Assembly (NCBI GenBank): GCA_012295275.1
Contig: CM022672.1
Span: 18,538,001 to 18,602,000 of the forward strand
Source of the DNA: Chrysomallon squamiferum
Lineage: Eukaryota > Animalia > Mollusca
Direction: 5' to 3'
DNA: 64,000 bases
Shown piece after piece: positions 53,108-64,000 of the stretch (within the stretch, counting starts at the first letter, position 1; each line of letters opens with the position of its first letter). The notes beneath the pieces are model-generated. The model saw only the letters and a program-made list of their open reading frames with translations, made no database searches and was not told the origin of the DNA. The position numbers were made by a program, and so were the translations under genes.

Positions 53108-55106
53108 GTTCAAAAATCAAGTAAACGAAAACAGAATTTACGATAACAGTAATTAAGATCTGTATAATTTTTTTATTTCTGACAGTTTTAATTTAAATAA
53201 TAAATATATAGCTTCAAAATATTCTGGGAATATTTTAATTTTTATTTCTGCTAGGACAACAATTGTATTGTTATTAAAGGGATTTTACTTTTTCAGATTT
53301 TAAAACATTTAATAAATGATAAAAAAGAAATGTAAATAAAATGACAATAAATAAATATAACTATATTTTAAAATTTAAACAATCTTTTAAAAAATATATA
53401 TATAAGATAAAATAAATGAATGAATGAATAAGTTTTAAATTATTTTGTTAATGCTCATTTAATATAAGCCAATAACGTTTTGGGAGAAACGTTTTTGCTC
53501 TTTAAATTTTGCTACCTTTCTTCACAATTTCACAGTTTCTATACCTTTGTTTCACTTGCCCACTAACCCAGACTTTGCACAGATCTATGTACAGCTAGAG
53601 TGGAAAAAAAAAAAAAAAAAAAAGGTTACATAAATTTAATTACGTTGAATATGGAGAGGAGGGTCCTTTTTTTCTTTGAGAATTAAAATAAAGATGTAAA
53701 TACCTTTATTACGAAAGATTCAGTTTTGTGATCTAATGTGTTCAGATATAGCAATAACTTTAAAAAAAAAAATAATAATAATAGAAGAAGCGTAAAATGA
53801 ATAACGACTAAAAGATAAATAGTACAAAGATTAATAACGATAATTTTAAATTCAAGAATATCGCATTTATCATAATCTATCTATACTGCGTTAAAATGAA
53901 TGTCCCAGTGCTGACAAAAAAGAAGAAAAAAAAAAAAAGCGTTGACCCTGTATATTGCTGGCAATGGATTGATGCAGCCTTTATTTCCAGGGTATTTTCA
54001 AGGTGAGGTAAATCTCCAGCTTATCAAACTTTAGTCTTATTTTGTATTGCAGCACTTGGCGCTTCATTGCCTTTTTAGCCAGAGAACTTTTAACACAGCC
54101 AGTTCAATGGGTCAGAAAACGATACACTCCATTTTCATTATGTAGGGAAAGATTATGATATATTGATATCTGTATTGGTTAGAGGATAGGGTAGTTTGAT
54201 ATAGCAAAAATATGCAAATATACAAGTAATGAAAGAAAGAAACTGATAAAGTATGTAAGTAATTAAAGCAGGTAAACGTTGATGCTGTCTGAGCTGTTAT
54301 ATCTAGCTTTGCATAGATGCTGTCATCTTTTTCTGTTCTGTTAAAATATTCTCTATTTTTTTTTTTTTTTTTTTTAATAAATTTTTCTTTTCACTTTTCA
54401 GTGAACATTGTCAAGCTCGATTAACATTCGTTCTCTTCAACATGATTTTGTTTTTAAATATTTTTTTATATATACTTAATGTCTTTGTTAAAAAAAAAAA
54501 AAAGACACGACAACACGATGAATACATACTTTATTACGTTATAATTTATTATTTTATTAATTTATTTTATTTTATTTTTCAAAAATCGTGTTTTGGAAGA
54601 ACTAATACAATACCGACCATTTGATATTTGGGGGATGGATTTATCTAGAAAGATTGGCTTGATAATAGATTTTACGTAATTCATTAGTATTTAGAAGACA
54701 ATCCCTTTTTATACTGTCTACCCCCAAAAACGCTCAAAAGGCTTTGATTTCATTCGCTTTTATATTCTGTTGGCATTCCTTGCTTCCTTGAATTTACCCA
54801 CATCAACATACTGATTAAAAAAAAATTGACATTTACCATGCATAGTGTCACAAGTTTGCCCATCCTTTCTATCCCTTGATAATTAAATGATCGGTAAATT
54901 TTTTATTATATAATCTGAAAAGCACTTTTGTTACGTTTGAATCTGATTTTGCATATTATATGGTAAATACGTTAAATAAATTTACATAAATACCATCATG
55001 TGTCGTAAGTAGACAGATACATATGCACGCAAACACACATATTCACACGCATACGTATAAAATTATGTATTTGTTCAGTGTGTGTGTGTGTGTGCGTGTA
55101 TGTATG

Positions 55107-55137
<31 letters not shown>

Positions 55138-55696
55138 TGTATTTTTTATAAAATGTTAAACTGATATCTTCACATAATTACTTTTGTATTATATATATAT
55201 ATATTTTTTAATATCTTTTAATATATTTTAATACATAAAATATATATAGCATATTAACTATTATATTAGATATAACTTGCTTATAAATTTATTTGTATGT
55301 TTAAATGTTTACTTTGTTAAATACATTTGTTATAACGAAAGTAATGTTTTTTGACATTCATTTACATTTAATATTTTATAACGATGACTATCAAACTTAT
55401 TTGGCTAAAAATTTAAACATTTCATTCTGTTATTGTGATATTTTTATTATTAATTTGTTTATATGTTTCATCATGATTGTTTTTATTATACTGAGAATTA
55501 TTCATGTTATAACTCTGAACACACCAAAGATACGTTTTATCATTTTACTTTTGGTTTATTTTCCTATAGGCATTCACTATGATTGATCAAAATCGTGATG
55601 GCATCATCGATATTGAAGATCTTAAAGACATGTACTCAAATCTTGGTATGTGACAGTCTCAGATATATGTATAATCTGAACAAAATTAATAATAAC

Positions 55697-55751
<55 letters not shown>

Positions 55752-56534
55752 GCAGTATGTATAAAAATATATACTGACCAACGATATAATTTTCGCTATT
55801 CGTTTAACATATCATCCTAATTTAGTTAATTTCACTTTAATTACAAACAAAATATATATTGCTGCACACGATTGGTTCATTGTACTCCTGTAAATATAAC
55901 ACACCATCTGATTGGTTGATTTTCAGGAAGGATTCCACCTGACGATGAGCTAAAGGAGATGTTGGCGGAAGCGCCTGGTCCACTGAACTTCACGATGTTT
56001 TTGAACTTGTTTGGTGAAAAATTGAGCGGTAAGTTTGTAGTAGAGTTTGAGGAATATTTTGTGTGCGTGCACCAGCTGGTATTTTTCTTTGATACGCAAA
56101 AATCACATAATTAATTACACGACATTCAATAACCACTAATATTTAAAACTTGTTGAAGTGCGGTCTCTTCTCTGTTGTTATGGTTTTAATCTTTATTGTT
56201 ATAGGTGTGATCTACATTTTTATTTTATATTTCTAATCTGTGTTCCTTTATTTCTTCCGGTCTGATTTTTGTTCTTGTGGCTATAGGCGAAAACGTAATT
56301 TTTTTTCTTTCTTTCTTTTTTTGTTTCTTTGGGGTTTTTTTTTTTTTTTTTGTTTGTTTTTTTTTATTTATTTTTTATTTATTTATTTTATTTTAATTAA
56401 AATATAAATTGATTTTTCTCCTTACTTGTAGGTACTGATCCAGAAGACACCATCAGAAATGCATTCGCCATGTTTGACGAAGCTGGAAAAGGCTACCTCC
56501 CAGAAGAATAGTAAATTTCATTTTAAACATAATG

Positions 56535-56572
<38 letters not shown>

Positions 56573-57143
56573 GTCAATGTTGATGATGATGATGATGATA
56601 TGATAACAAAGGCATAATAAGAGTTTGATAACATTTAAAATATATATATTGTCTTTTGAATTAATGCCAAATGCAGATTATCTGATTACCTATAACTTTT
56701 AATTACATTTAATTAGTTACTGAAAGTTTAATATTAATGTAGAAACTCTTGAATCAGGACATAATTATATTAATTTCCGAAAAGAGAAAAGAAAAGATTT
56801 TCATTAATGTAAGCTCTTGAAATTATAGTGATTTCCTTAGCATCATGTTTGACTTACTAATGTAAATAATTTCTGTTTCGTTTTTCAGCATCAAGGACTT
56901 GCTAACAAATATGGGTGATAACTTTACACAGGATGAAGTAAGTTAATATACAAGTTATCTCTATTCAAAAAGTATTTTCTAATGGATGATCTTATTACTA
57001 ATTATTATCTGAAATTTTACAGTTAGGTTTTTTTTTTTTTTTTTTAATTATGATACATGACACTGAAGCAGATGTACTTGAAAGTTAACTTTAGTAATAT
57101 ATAAATCTAACTGGTATTTGAATACCAAATTATTTTCATTTTT

Positions 57144-57176
<33 letters not shown>

Positions 57177-57367
57177 TTGTTGTTGTTGTATTAAACCATG
57201 TCCCTGAACTAAAGACTAGTCAATGGCAAGGATACACAATATGTCTCTGCTTTTTTTTTTTTATTATTATTTATTTTGTTATATTATATTATTATATTAT
57301 TATATTTTTTAATTATTATTTATATATGTTATATTATATTATTATAGCTCTATTATATTTCTATGAC

Positions 57368-57406
<39 letters not shown>

Positions 57407-57523
57407 TTGTGTTTCCAGCTTAGACAAACGTGGAAAGAGGCACCTATAGAAAAGGGACAGTTTGACTATAACGCCTTCGTCTCACTGCTTAAGGGTAAAC
57501 AGGCTGAAGAAGAGGTCGCATAA
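49811..57523 (+). CDS. Myosin II regulatory light chain (EF-hand); two isoforms of 168 and 172 aa
   Basis: Exons 49811-49822 (MAEE), 52557-52640 or 52712-52807, 55570-55645 ([26 protein letters not shown]), 55927-56028 (..[21 protein letters not shown]), 56432-56510 ([16 protein letters not shown]..), 56889-56937 ([16 protein letters not shown]) and 57419-57523 ([34 protein letters not shown]). All GT-AG and in phase. Confidence 0.95.
52557..52640 (+). CDS. RLC alternative exon 2a
   Basis: Acceptor aattag; encodes [28 protein letters not shown]; donor GTATGA; 84 nt, phase 0-0. Confidence 0.88.
52712..52807 (+). CDS. RLC alternative exon 2b (MLCK-site type)
   Basis: Acceptor tactttttcag; encodes [32 protein letters not shown]; donor GTGTGC; 96 nt, phase 0-0. 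Confidence 0.9.
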
Positions 57524-58831
57524 GACGGCATCCAGTCTAGGAGCCTACCCACACCACTCCCCTTTGAATCTCTCCAAACGCGTCGAGGTCTGGTTTCATC
57601 CTGGTCCCGTGAATCGCGTCGACTTGTCCACACCAGGCATCAACTACTGGACTGGAAGACTGCCATTCACGGATTGGGGCCTCAAAAGTGGAAGGAAAAA
57701 GTCAAAAAAGAAAAAAGAAAAAAAAAAAGGATATGTAAAAAAAAAAGAAGCCAAAATATATATATATATATAGATAGATAGATAGATAGTTGTAATGAGA
57801 AAGAAATAACAGTAATAAAGAAATATATATATTTTTTAGATGATAAAAAAAACCTAAGAAAAGCAACGTATTATTATTTACCGTTGGAAATGAGATTCAA
57901 AGGCGACTGGTGTGACTCTTTGTAGTTTCACACTCTTTCAATGAAAATTGAGACCTAGCGGGCCAAAGAGTGTATCGCATTCCATTTCTGCTTGGACAAA
58001 AAATTTTAACATTTGCTGCATACTCAGAGAATCAGAGCGCGAAGAAGCGGGTCCGACGAGCGCTCTAAAGTCACAGGTTGCTGTTGGTTTCATCGAAGTT
58101 TGGCTCTGGGCTCTGACTGGTATATTTTTGGAAAACACTAGCCTTCAGAAATACGTTACAGAGGTGTTGTTACGGCAACAGCTAGGACTAGGTTCCAGCG
58201 CTGTTCTGCAGCAACCCTCGCAAAATCTGTTGGCCCGGTAGGTTTCGATAATAATCTAAAAAAAAAAAAAAAAACCGGTTAGTACTGAAATCGGAACCGG
58301 TCCAATAATTTCCCCCCATCCTTCTATCCTTAATACACCACTATACGATTTGCAGTTTACTGGTTTCTACTACCATTATGACATATAGAATATTTATATT
58401 TTATTTATTTTTTAGATTTCACAGTCTATTATTAACCGCAATTCAGTTATCATTTTTTTTTTTTTTTTTTTTTTTTTTTAAGTGAAGGGGTTGGGAGCGG
58501 GTGGCATTTAATAATAATTTAAAAACGCAATACTATATATCCCAGGTCGTCTCAGTTATTTTAATTTTATTATTATTATTATTATTATTTTTTTTTTTTT
58601 TTTTTTTTTTTGTATGTGTATATTATTTGTTACGGTGTCTGACCTGTCGTCATATAAAACTCCAGTGAGGGTAATATATATATACAACATCGGCCGGGCG
58701 GTGTGTGTGCTTGACTGATTGTACAAGTAGAGCAAGTACTTGGTCTACTGGGGACATTGTGTCTCTTTGCATGTTTTCAACCTGATGTGGATTGTTTTTT
58801 TTTTTTTTTTTTTTCTGTGTCTTATTTATTT

Positions 58832-58837
58832 AATAAA
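58832..58837 (+). terminator. Candidate polyadenylation signal of the RLC gene
   Basis: AATAAA followed by a GT-rich downstream element (gtgtttgttgtgt, ~58863); a proximal AATAAA is also present at 57814. Confidence 0.4.
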
Positions 58838-58917
58838 ACCTCTGTGCACAGAGAATCAGTGCGTGTTTGTTGTGTATTTTAATTAATTAATTTAATTACG
58901 CGGTTACTGGTTTCTTA

Positions 58918-58959
<42 letters not shown>

Positions 58960-59664
58960 CGATTATGCATTTCGGGTCGCTGCGAAAATGATTTTTAAAC
59001 TTTCGAAACGAAATAATACGAAATCTAATTTATTTTGAGAATTCGAAACAAAACTCTTAATAATAGCCAGCTTCTAAAAATGTACTCGCGTCACCAGCAT
59101 TAAACTTTAAATGGAACAAAAAAAAAAAAAAAATAAACAACAACAAATAAACAACATAATGGGAGACAAGTGCAAACAAATGTGTATTTTCATTATGCTG
59201 ACTAGTACTGATAGCTGACTGTCAGACGCTAATTAGACACCTTATGTCTACGCAACTCCTAAAGAAAACGTGTGTGTGTGTGTGTGTGTGTGTTTACTTA
59301 ATAAGTTGCTTCACTGCCGGTTTGTTTATTTATTTATTTATTTTGTAATAAATCTCTCATGTCACTGGTTTATAGATTTAGTACGTTTTATAAATTGTTA
59401 TTATACCGCGTACACACTTATTAACTGGCAAAAGGCATCCGACATTTTTCTTCTTGAAAATTCTTGCATTTGATGATAATTATTTTATGTCGTTTAACTT
59501 CTGATGTGTACAAAAATTATAACCACAACCTTTTTTTTTTCAGAAAATATTTATTTATTCAAATAAGATATCAAAAAGATTATCTCTCAAAAACTTTTTT
59601 TAAAGTTTTTGTTCAACATAATTATAATTAATAATTTTAAAAATGTTCTGGTACAAATATTTCA

Positions 59665-59695
<31 letters not shown>

Positions 59696-59781
59696 TAATA
59701 ATAATAATAATCATAATCATAATCATAATCATAATCATAATAATGATGATGATGATGATGATAATTGCATCTGTGAAAGAC

Positions 59782-60266
59782 CTACGGCCTCTCCTTACAA
59801 CGAGATTTTTCGTGAGACCGTAGTCCCCATCTAGACGAGAACTTCTTCCCACAGACTCTGCAGTTCAGTTTCTCCGAGTGCAGACGCACGTGAATGGCCA
59901 GCTCGTGCTTGTCTGAAAATCGGCACGGACACAGATGACATCTAAAAAGTCTCCGCTGTGACGTCTGTAGTGTCTTTTCAGGTTCGGCAACAGATTTGTC
60001 TGGTAACTGCACAAATTACACCTGTGCAAGGCTCTGGGTCTGTATGCGACATCATAACTCTGCTGTTTGAACAAAACCGTCAGTTGTTGTTTACCCTCTA
60101 GTCCAACGGGATTGCTTTCCCGTTGGTGATACTCGAAGAACTCGCCAGGGTCACGTGGCTTTTGACAGTACGTCGCGTCCCTGCGCGGGGAGATGATACT
60201 ACTTCCGGTTGACTCTTCTTTGTCATTGAAAACATTTTCGTCACAAACGAAGGAAGCATTCCATTT
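59782..60266 (-). CDS. Terminal exon encoding a C2H2 zinc-finger cluster (3 fingers), with an apparent frameshift near 59950
   Basis: Acceptor (ttta)n-ttttag at 60268/60267. The phase-0 frame reads KWNASFVCDE...HRCNLCSYQTNLLPNLKRHYRRHSG. A shifted frame continues LFRCHLCPCRFSDKHELAIHVRLHSEKLNCRVCGKKFSSRWGLRSHEKSRCKERP*. Confidence 0.8.
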
Positions 60267-60521
60267 CTAAAATAAATAAATAAATAAATAATAGAAAGAA
60301 AAAAAAAAGTGTTTAAATAATAATTTTATTAATTGGTTAATTACGAATCTAAACATATTTTCATGTTAACTGCTTCACACAGATAAATGGCTGGGAAAGA
60401 TCTCGCAAACTGATGACATCACTGAAACGAGCAATATATCCAGATGACCCAGCTGTTTTTTCGTTAAATTCTCGCTTCCATATTATTTCATTTTGTGATA
60501 TATGCGTGTTTGTCTCTATAT

Positions 60522-60567
<46 letters not shown>

Positions 60568-61387
60568 TCTTCGCTTCAGCTTCTGAAATTTGTTTATCTC
60601 GTGGTCATGTAATGTTTATTCTAAACCAGCTTTAAAAACTTAAATAAATAAATGATGAAAACAAATATTTAAAATACAGATTTTGTAATCAGAGCTTCAC
60701 AAAATTTCCTTTATACCATTTCTAATTTCTGCTATTTTAAATGCCAAAGGTTAATAAGATTTGACGTTTTATTACACAATCAACTAAAGTTACATTATCA
60801 AATATATTTATCTGTATGAATGTACGTTTGATCATTTGTTGGTGAGTATGTGTATGAAAGAAAGCATATCGTAAAACATAAAGCTGTTTATGTAATAAAT
60901 AAAAATGCAATAAATCATAGTCTTATTAGATACGTAGAGTATAGAAAATAAATAAGTAAATAAATAATAATAAATGAAGCCTTTTTGTTAAAGAACAAAC
61001 AATTCTGGTGTATACAGTGAACCTTTAAGAGAAGATAATTATTACTGAAAACAAAACATTCTTCAGTGAATTTGCACAAAAAAGTGGGTGAAATGAAAAC
61101 AAAACCTTTAGCATAATACTTGTGAATATAATCTTCTTTTAAGATACTGTTTAAACTTTAAAAAAAAAAAAAAAAAAAAAACAACAACACACAAGCAAAA
61201 CATTAACAAAATGTAGTTTGCTACGGTTTGATCCTGTTATCTATAGCGTCCTAGCACCGTCTTTTATTCACAAAGATCAGTCAACTTGGGGAAAAAAACA
61301 TTTCTTTATTACCAGTAATTTCTTCTTTTTTCTTTCTTTTCTTTCATTATCATTATTTTATCTGTTCTATTCTATTCATTTCTGTTC

Positions 61388-61440
<53 letters not shown>

Positions 61441-61814
61441 AAAACAAATTATTTATTCATTATAAAAACAAATTATTTATTCATTATAAAAAAAAAATTT
61501 AACTTGTTTTTTTCTGATTATAAAATATTCAACGTTGGTGATGTTTCAAATAAAGATACTGTATTTATTTACTGACAGTAATAACAACAGTACTAACAGA
61601 AAACAAATCATAAACAATCACTAAATATAATAATTATTTTTTATTAACATTCAGGTTATAAAATTATAAAATAGAGATAAGCACAGTAATATAGATATTA
61701 CTATTATTAGTATAATAGATAAGCCATATATTTCAGCTACTTTTTTTTTTATAAATCTTGTTATTCAATATTAGACATGCACAAGTCTTGGCTGGCCTTT
61801 ACTTCATTCCATAA

Positions 61815-62303
61815 TTATTTTTGCAACGAACTCTTCGTAATTTCAATATCGTGTCGCAATCGACATCGACGTATGAAATTAATCGAAGCGTGGAAATCTG
61901 AAAAGCCGAACTTCTGAGCGATCTCTTTCGCTTTGGCACCGATGGCGCTCATGGTAACACACTCTCCATTTTCATTCGCTTTCTTATACCACGAATAGAG
62001 CGCCTCTTCCAGCGTCCCGTACACAGACGGTTTGCTGCATTTCTTGGACGCACTCTGGATGTTGGAATATGCCGTCATTACCTCACTTCTTTTATTAAGT
62101 ATTGAGATCAGCGTGCTGCGTGGTATGCCGTATTCCCTGGCTATTTCGGCTTTGGTCTTCTTGCCCAGGTCTGCGATTTCAATCAGAAGATATTTCGTTT
62201 CGAAGTCGAGCGTCTTGCGTTTGTTTGTCTTCCTCGGAGTTTTCTTTGAACTGACGTTTCGGGGTTCGGAACGATAACCGGGCTGGGGTGCATTGCTGGT
62301 TTC
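61815..62303 (-). CDS. Terminal exon encoding a CENP-B/pogo-type bipartite DNA-binding domain (psq-like HTH + Tc5/CENP-B HTH), no DDE domain
   Basis: Acceptor ttaattgaacag at 62305/62304. The phase-0 open frame reads ETSNAPQ...KRKTLDFETKYLLIEIADLGKKTKAEIAREYGIPRSTLISILNK...LEEALYSWYKKANENGECVTMSAIGAKAKEIAQKFGFSDFHASINFIRRCRLRHDI...QK*. Confidence 0.88.
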   Translation of the reverse strand, partial: ETSNAPQPGYRSEPRNVSSKKTPRKTNKRKTLDFETKYLLIEIADLGKKTKAEIAREYGIPRSTLISILNKRSEVMTAYSNIQSASKKCSKPSVYGTLEEALYSWYKKANENGECVTMSAIGAKAKEIAQKFGFSDFHASINFIRRCRLRHDIEITKSSLQK

Positions 62304-62420
62304 CTGTTCAATTAAAAACAGTTTATTTTTTATTCCTCGGAAGAACTCAAGATGAAAGTTTTTGTTCGGTACAGATCAATTGAAATAATTTCTGTTGTTT
62401 CTGTTACTTAAGATATGTAA

Positions 62421-62456
<36 letters not shown>

Positions 62457-62547
62457 TAAAAACAAATTCAATGTTTTAGAAGCAGATAACAAAAGGAATG
62501 CAAGCATACAAAATGTATATCAAGTAAAGTATGTACAGCAACTAAAC

Positions 62548-62582
<35 letters not shown>

Positions 62583-62984
62583 TAATAATAGTAATAATAA
62601 TAATATGTTAAATAGGAAACAATTATGTGCATATTAACAATCCACATGCTTTTAAATAACAACAACAACAGCAACAACAACAATAATAATAATAGTGTTA
62701 CACAGGAAACAATTATGTGTATATTAAAAATCCACATCTTTTAAAAAACAATAACAACAACAATAATAATAATAATAGTAACTGAAGAATAATAATGATG
62801 ATGATTAAATAATAAAAAATAACATACTAAAAGTCCAGGAAATTTATCATGTGAATAAGTTGTTCTAGTTATTTCTGGTTTTAAAACATGATCTCATTCA
62901 TCAGTTTAAAAATAAATGTGGGAAAATAAATTTTGAACCTATGTTGGATACAATTTGTTATTTAGATTCTTTTGAAAGTAAGAT

Positions 62985-63016
<32 letters not shown>

Positions 63017-63778
63017 GCATACATTAATTAATTTCCTAAACTCAACATATGTTATAATAAACTGATTAAAATATAAACTAGTATTTGACAAATGTACCTA
63101 AATAATCTGTGTTTTCTCAAAGTTTAAAATAGAGCATAATATCTTAATTTGACAGTACAATGTATATGATTCTGTTCAAATTACAGTTATCAAGCATTCT
63201 ACCTGAACTGAAAAAATAACTAAAATGACTAATTTTGGTGCATTACGATACAGAACGAGGAAGCAAAACAAACAAGTGATCACAAGAATTAGCACTCGAA
63301 ATTAAAGCACAAGATTTTGTTATGTTGTGTAAGTGGGTTTGAATGCTGGGTAAGAGTTTTCCCAGTGGGCTTGAAGTAAGCACTTTCTGTATTAGACTCC
63401 ACTGTTTATTTCCTATTTCAGATGGAGTTAAATATGACAAATTTTAATCAATGGTTATATAGTGTCACACACACAGCTACCATACAGACAATAATACTAT
63501 TATTAACAGCTGAAATACACAGGCTCCATGCAATATGGTGTGAACTTTTATATGTATCTTCCTAAAGGTTGGAACAACAATAACAACAACCAGGATGATG
63601 ATGATATCTGTTCCAGACAACATCACAGGAAGCTTTATCAAAAATACCACAAATGTAAGTTTGTCAAATATAATTAATTTAAAATGATAATTTTTCTTCC
63701 CGTTTTTAGTTTAAAAAAAAAAAAAAAAAAAAGGAAAAAACATAGGAAGGAAATGAAAGGACTGATCCAGATACTGAC

Positions 63779-64000
63779 CTATTTTTTCTTTACTAACAGG
63801 ATGCCATGTCGTGCTTTGAACTTGTTAATGTATCCTATGCTGGGATGAAAGTCTTTATGTCCCAGTTCTTGTGCTAACTCACGGGCTTTGGTCACCATCA
63901 TCTGACCAGTTATATACAGCCCATGTCTGACTGCCTCGCAGTACCAGCTGTACAGTTTGTCCTCTAGATGCGAATACTGTGATTTGCACAGGCGCTGACG
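63779..64000 (-). CDS. Second CENP-B/Tc5-type HTH terminal exon (partial; 5' part lies beyond the window)
   Basis: Open frame from the window edge: RQRLCKSQYSHLEDKLYSWYCEAVRHGLYITGQMMVTKARELAQELGHKDFHPSIGYINKFKARHGILLVKKK*. Paralogous to 61815-62303. Not in the ORF track. Confidence 0.88.
   Translation of the reverse strand, partial: RQRLCKSQYSHLEDKLYSWYCEAVRHGLYITGQMMVTKARELAQELGHKDFHPSIGYINKFKARHGILLVKKK

Noticed and set aside
57462-58241. ORFs 57462-57773, 57938-58138 and 57948-58241
   Set aside because: They lie in the probable RLC 3'UTR and have no recognisable domain or supporting splice structure.
63243-63440. ORF 63243-63440 as a further variable exon
   Set aside because: It has no DNA-binding motif or clear acceptor and is probably 3' flank or UTR of the 63779 exon.
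61815-64000. Autonomous pogo/Tigger transposons
   Set aside because: Both frames stop right after the HTH, no DDE domain or TIRs are visible, and the complete one begins at a splice acceptor.

Overview
AT-rich, microsatellite-dense eukaryotic DNA with spliceosomal GT-AG introns, most likely a mollusc or other lophotrochozoan judging from the myosin light-chain sequence. Most ORFs in the supplied track are microsatellite artefacts. Reading splice sites by hand gives four loci. (1) A divergent heterotrimeric G-protein alpha gene (+, about 18.9/19.7-30.2 kb) with a Gq-type exon layout, altered P-loop and switch motifs, an insertion of about 40 aa in the helical domain, and no N-terminal lipidation residues. 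(2) An uninterrupted BIR+UBA IAP-like ORF with no RING (+, 38302-39270). (3) A myosin II regulatory light chain gene (+, 49811-57523) with two mutually exclusive N-terminal exons. (4) The most novel signal: on the - strand at 59.8-64 kb, three separate terminal exons each encode a different DNA-binding module (one C2H2 zinc-finger cluster, two CENP-B/pogo-type HTH modules). The two complete exons start at a phase-0 splice acceptor, and all three end at their own stop. This resembles a lola/mod(mdg4)-style array of variable 3' exons whose common 5' part lies beyond the window. Also present are a hAT-like MITE, a tRNA-derived SINE-like family, dispersed direct and inverted repeats, and a 30-bp minisatellite. 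All exon structures are manual predictions without transcript evidence.
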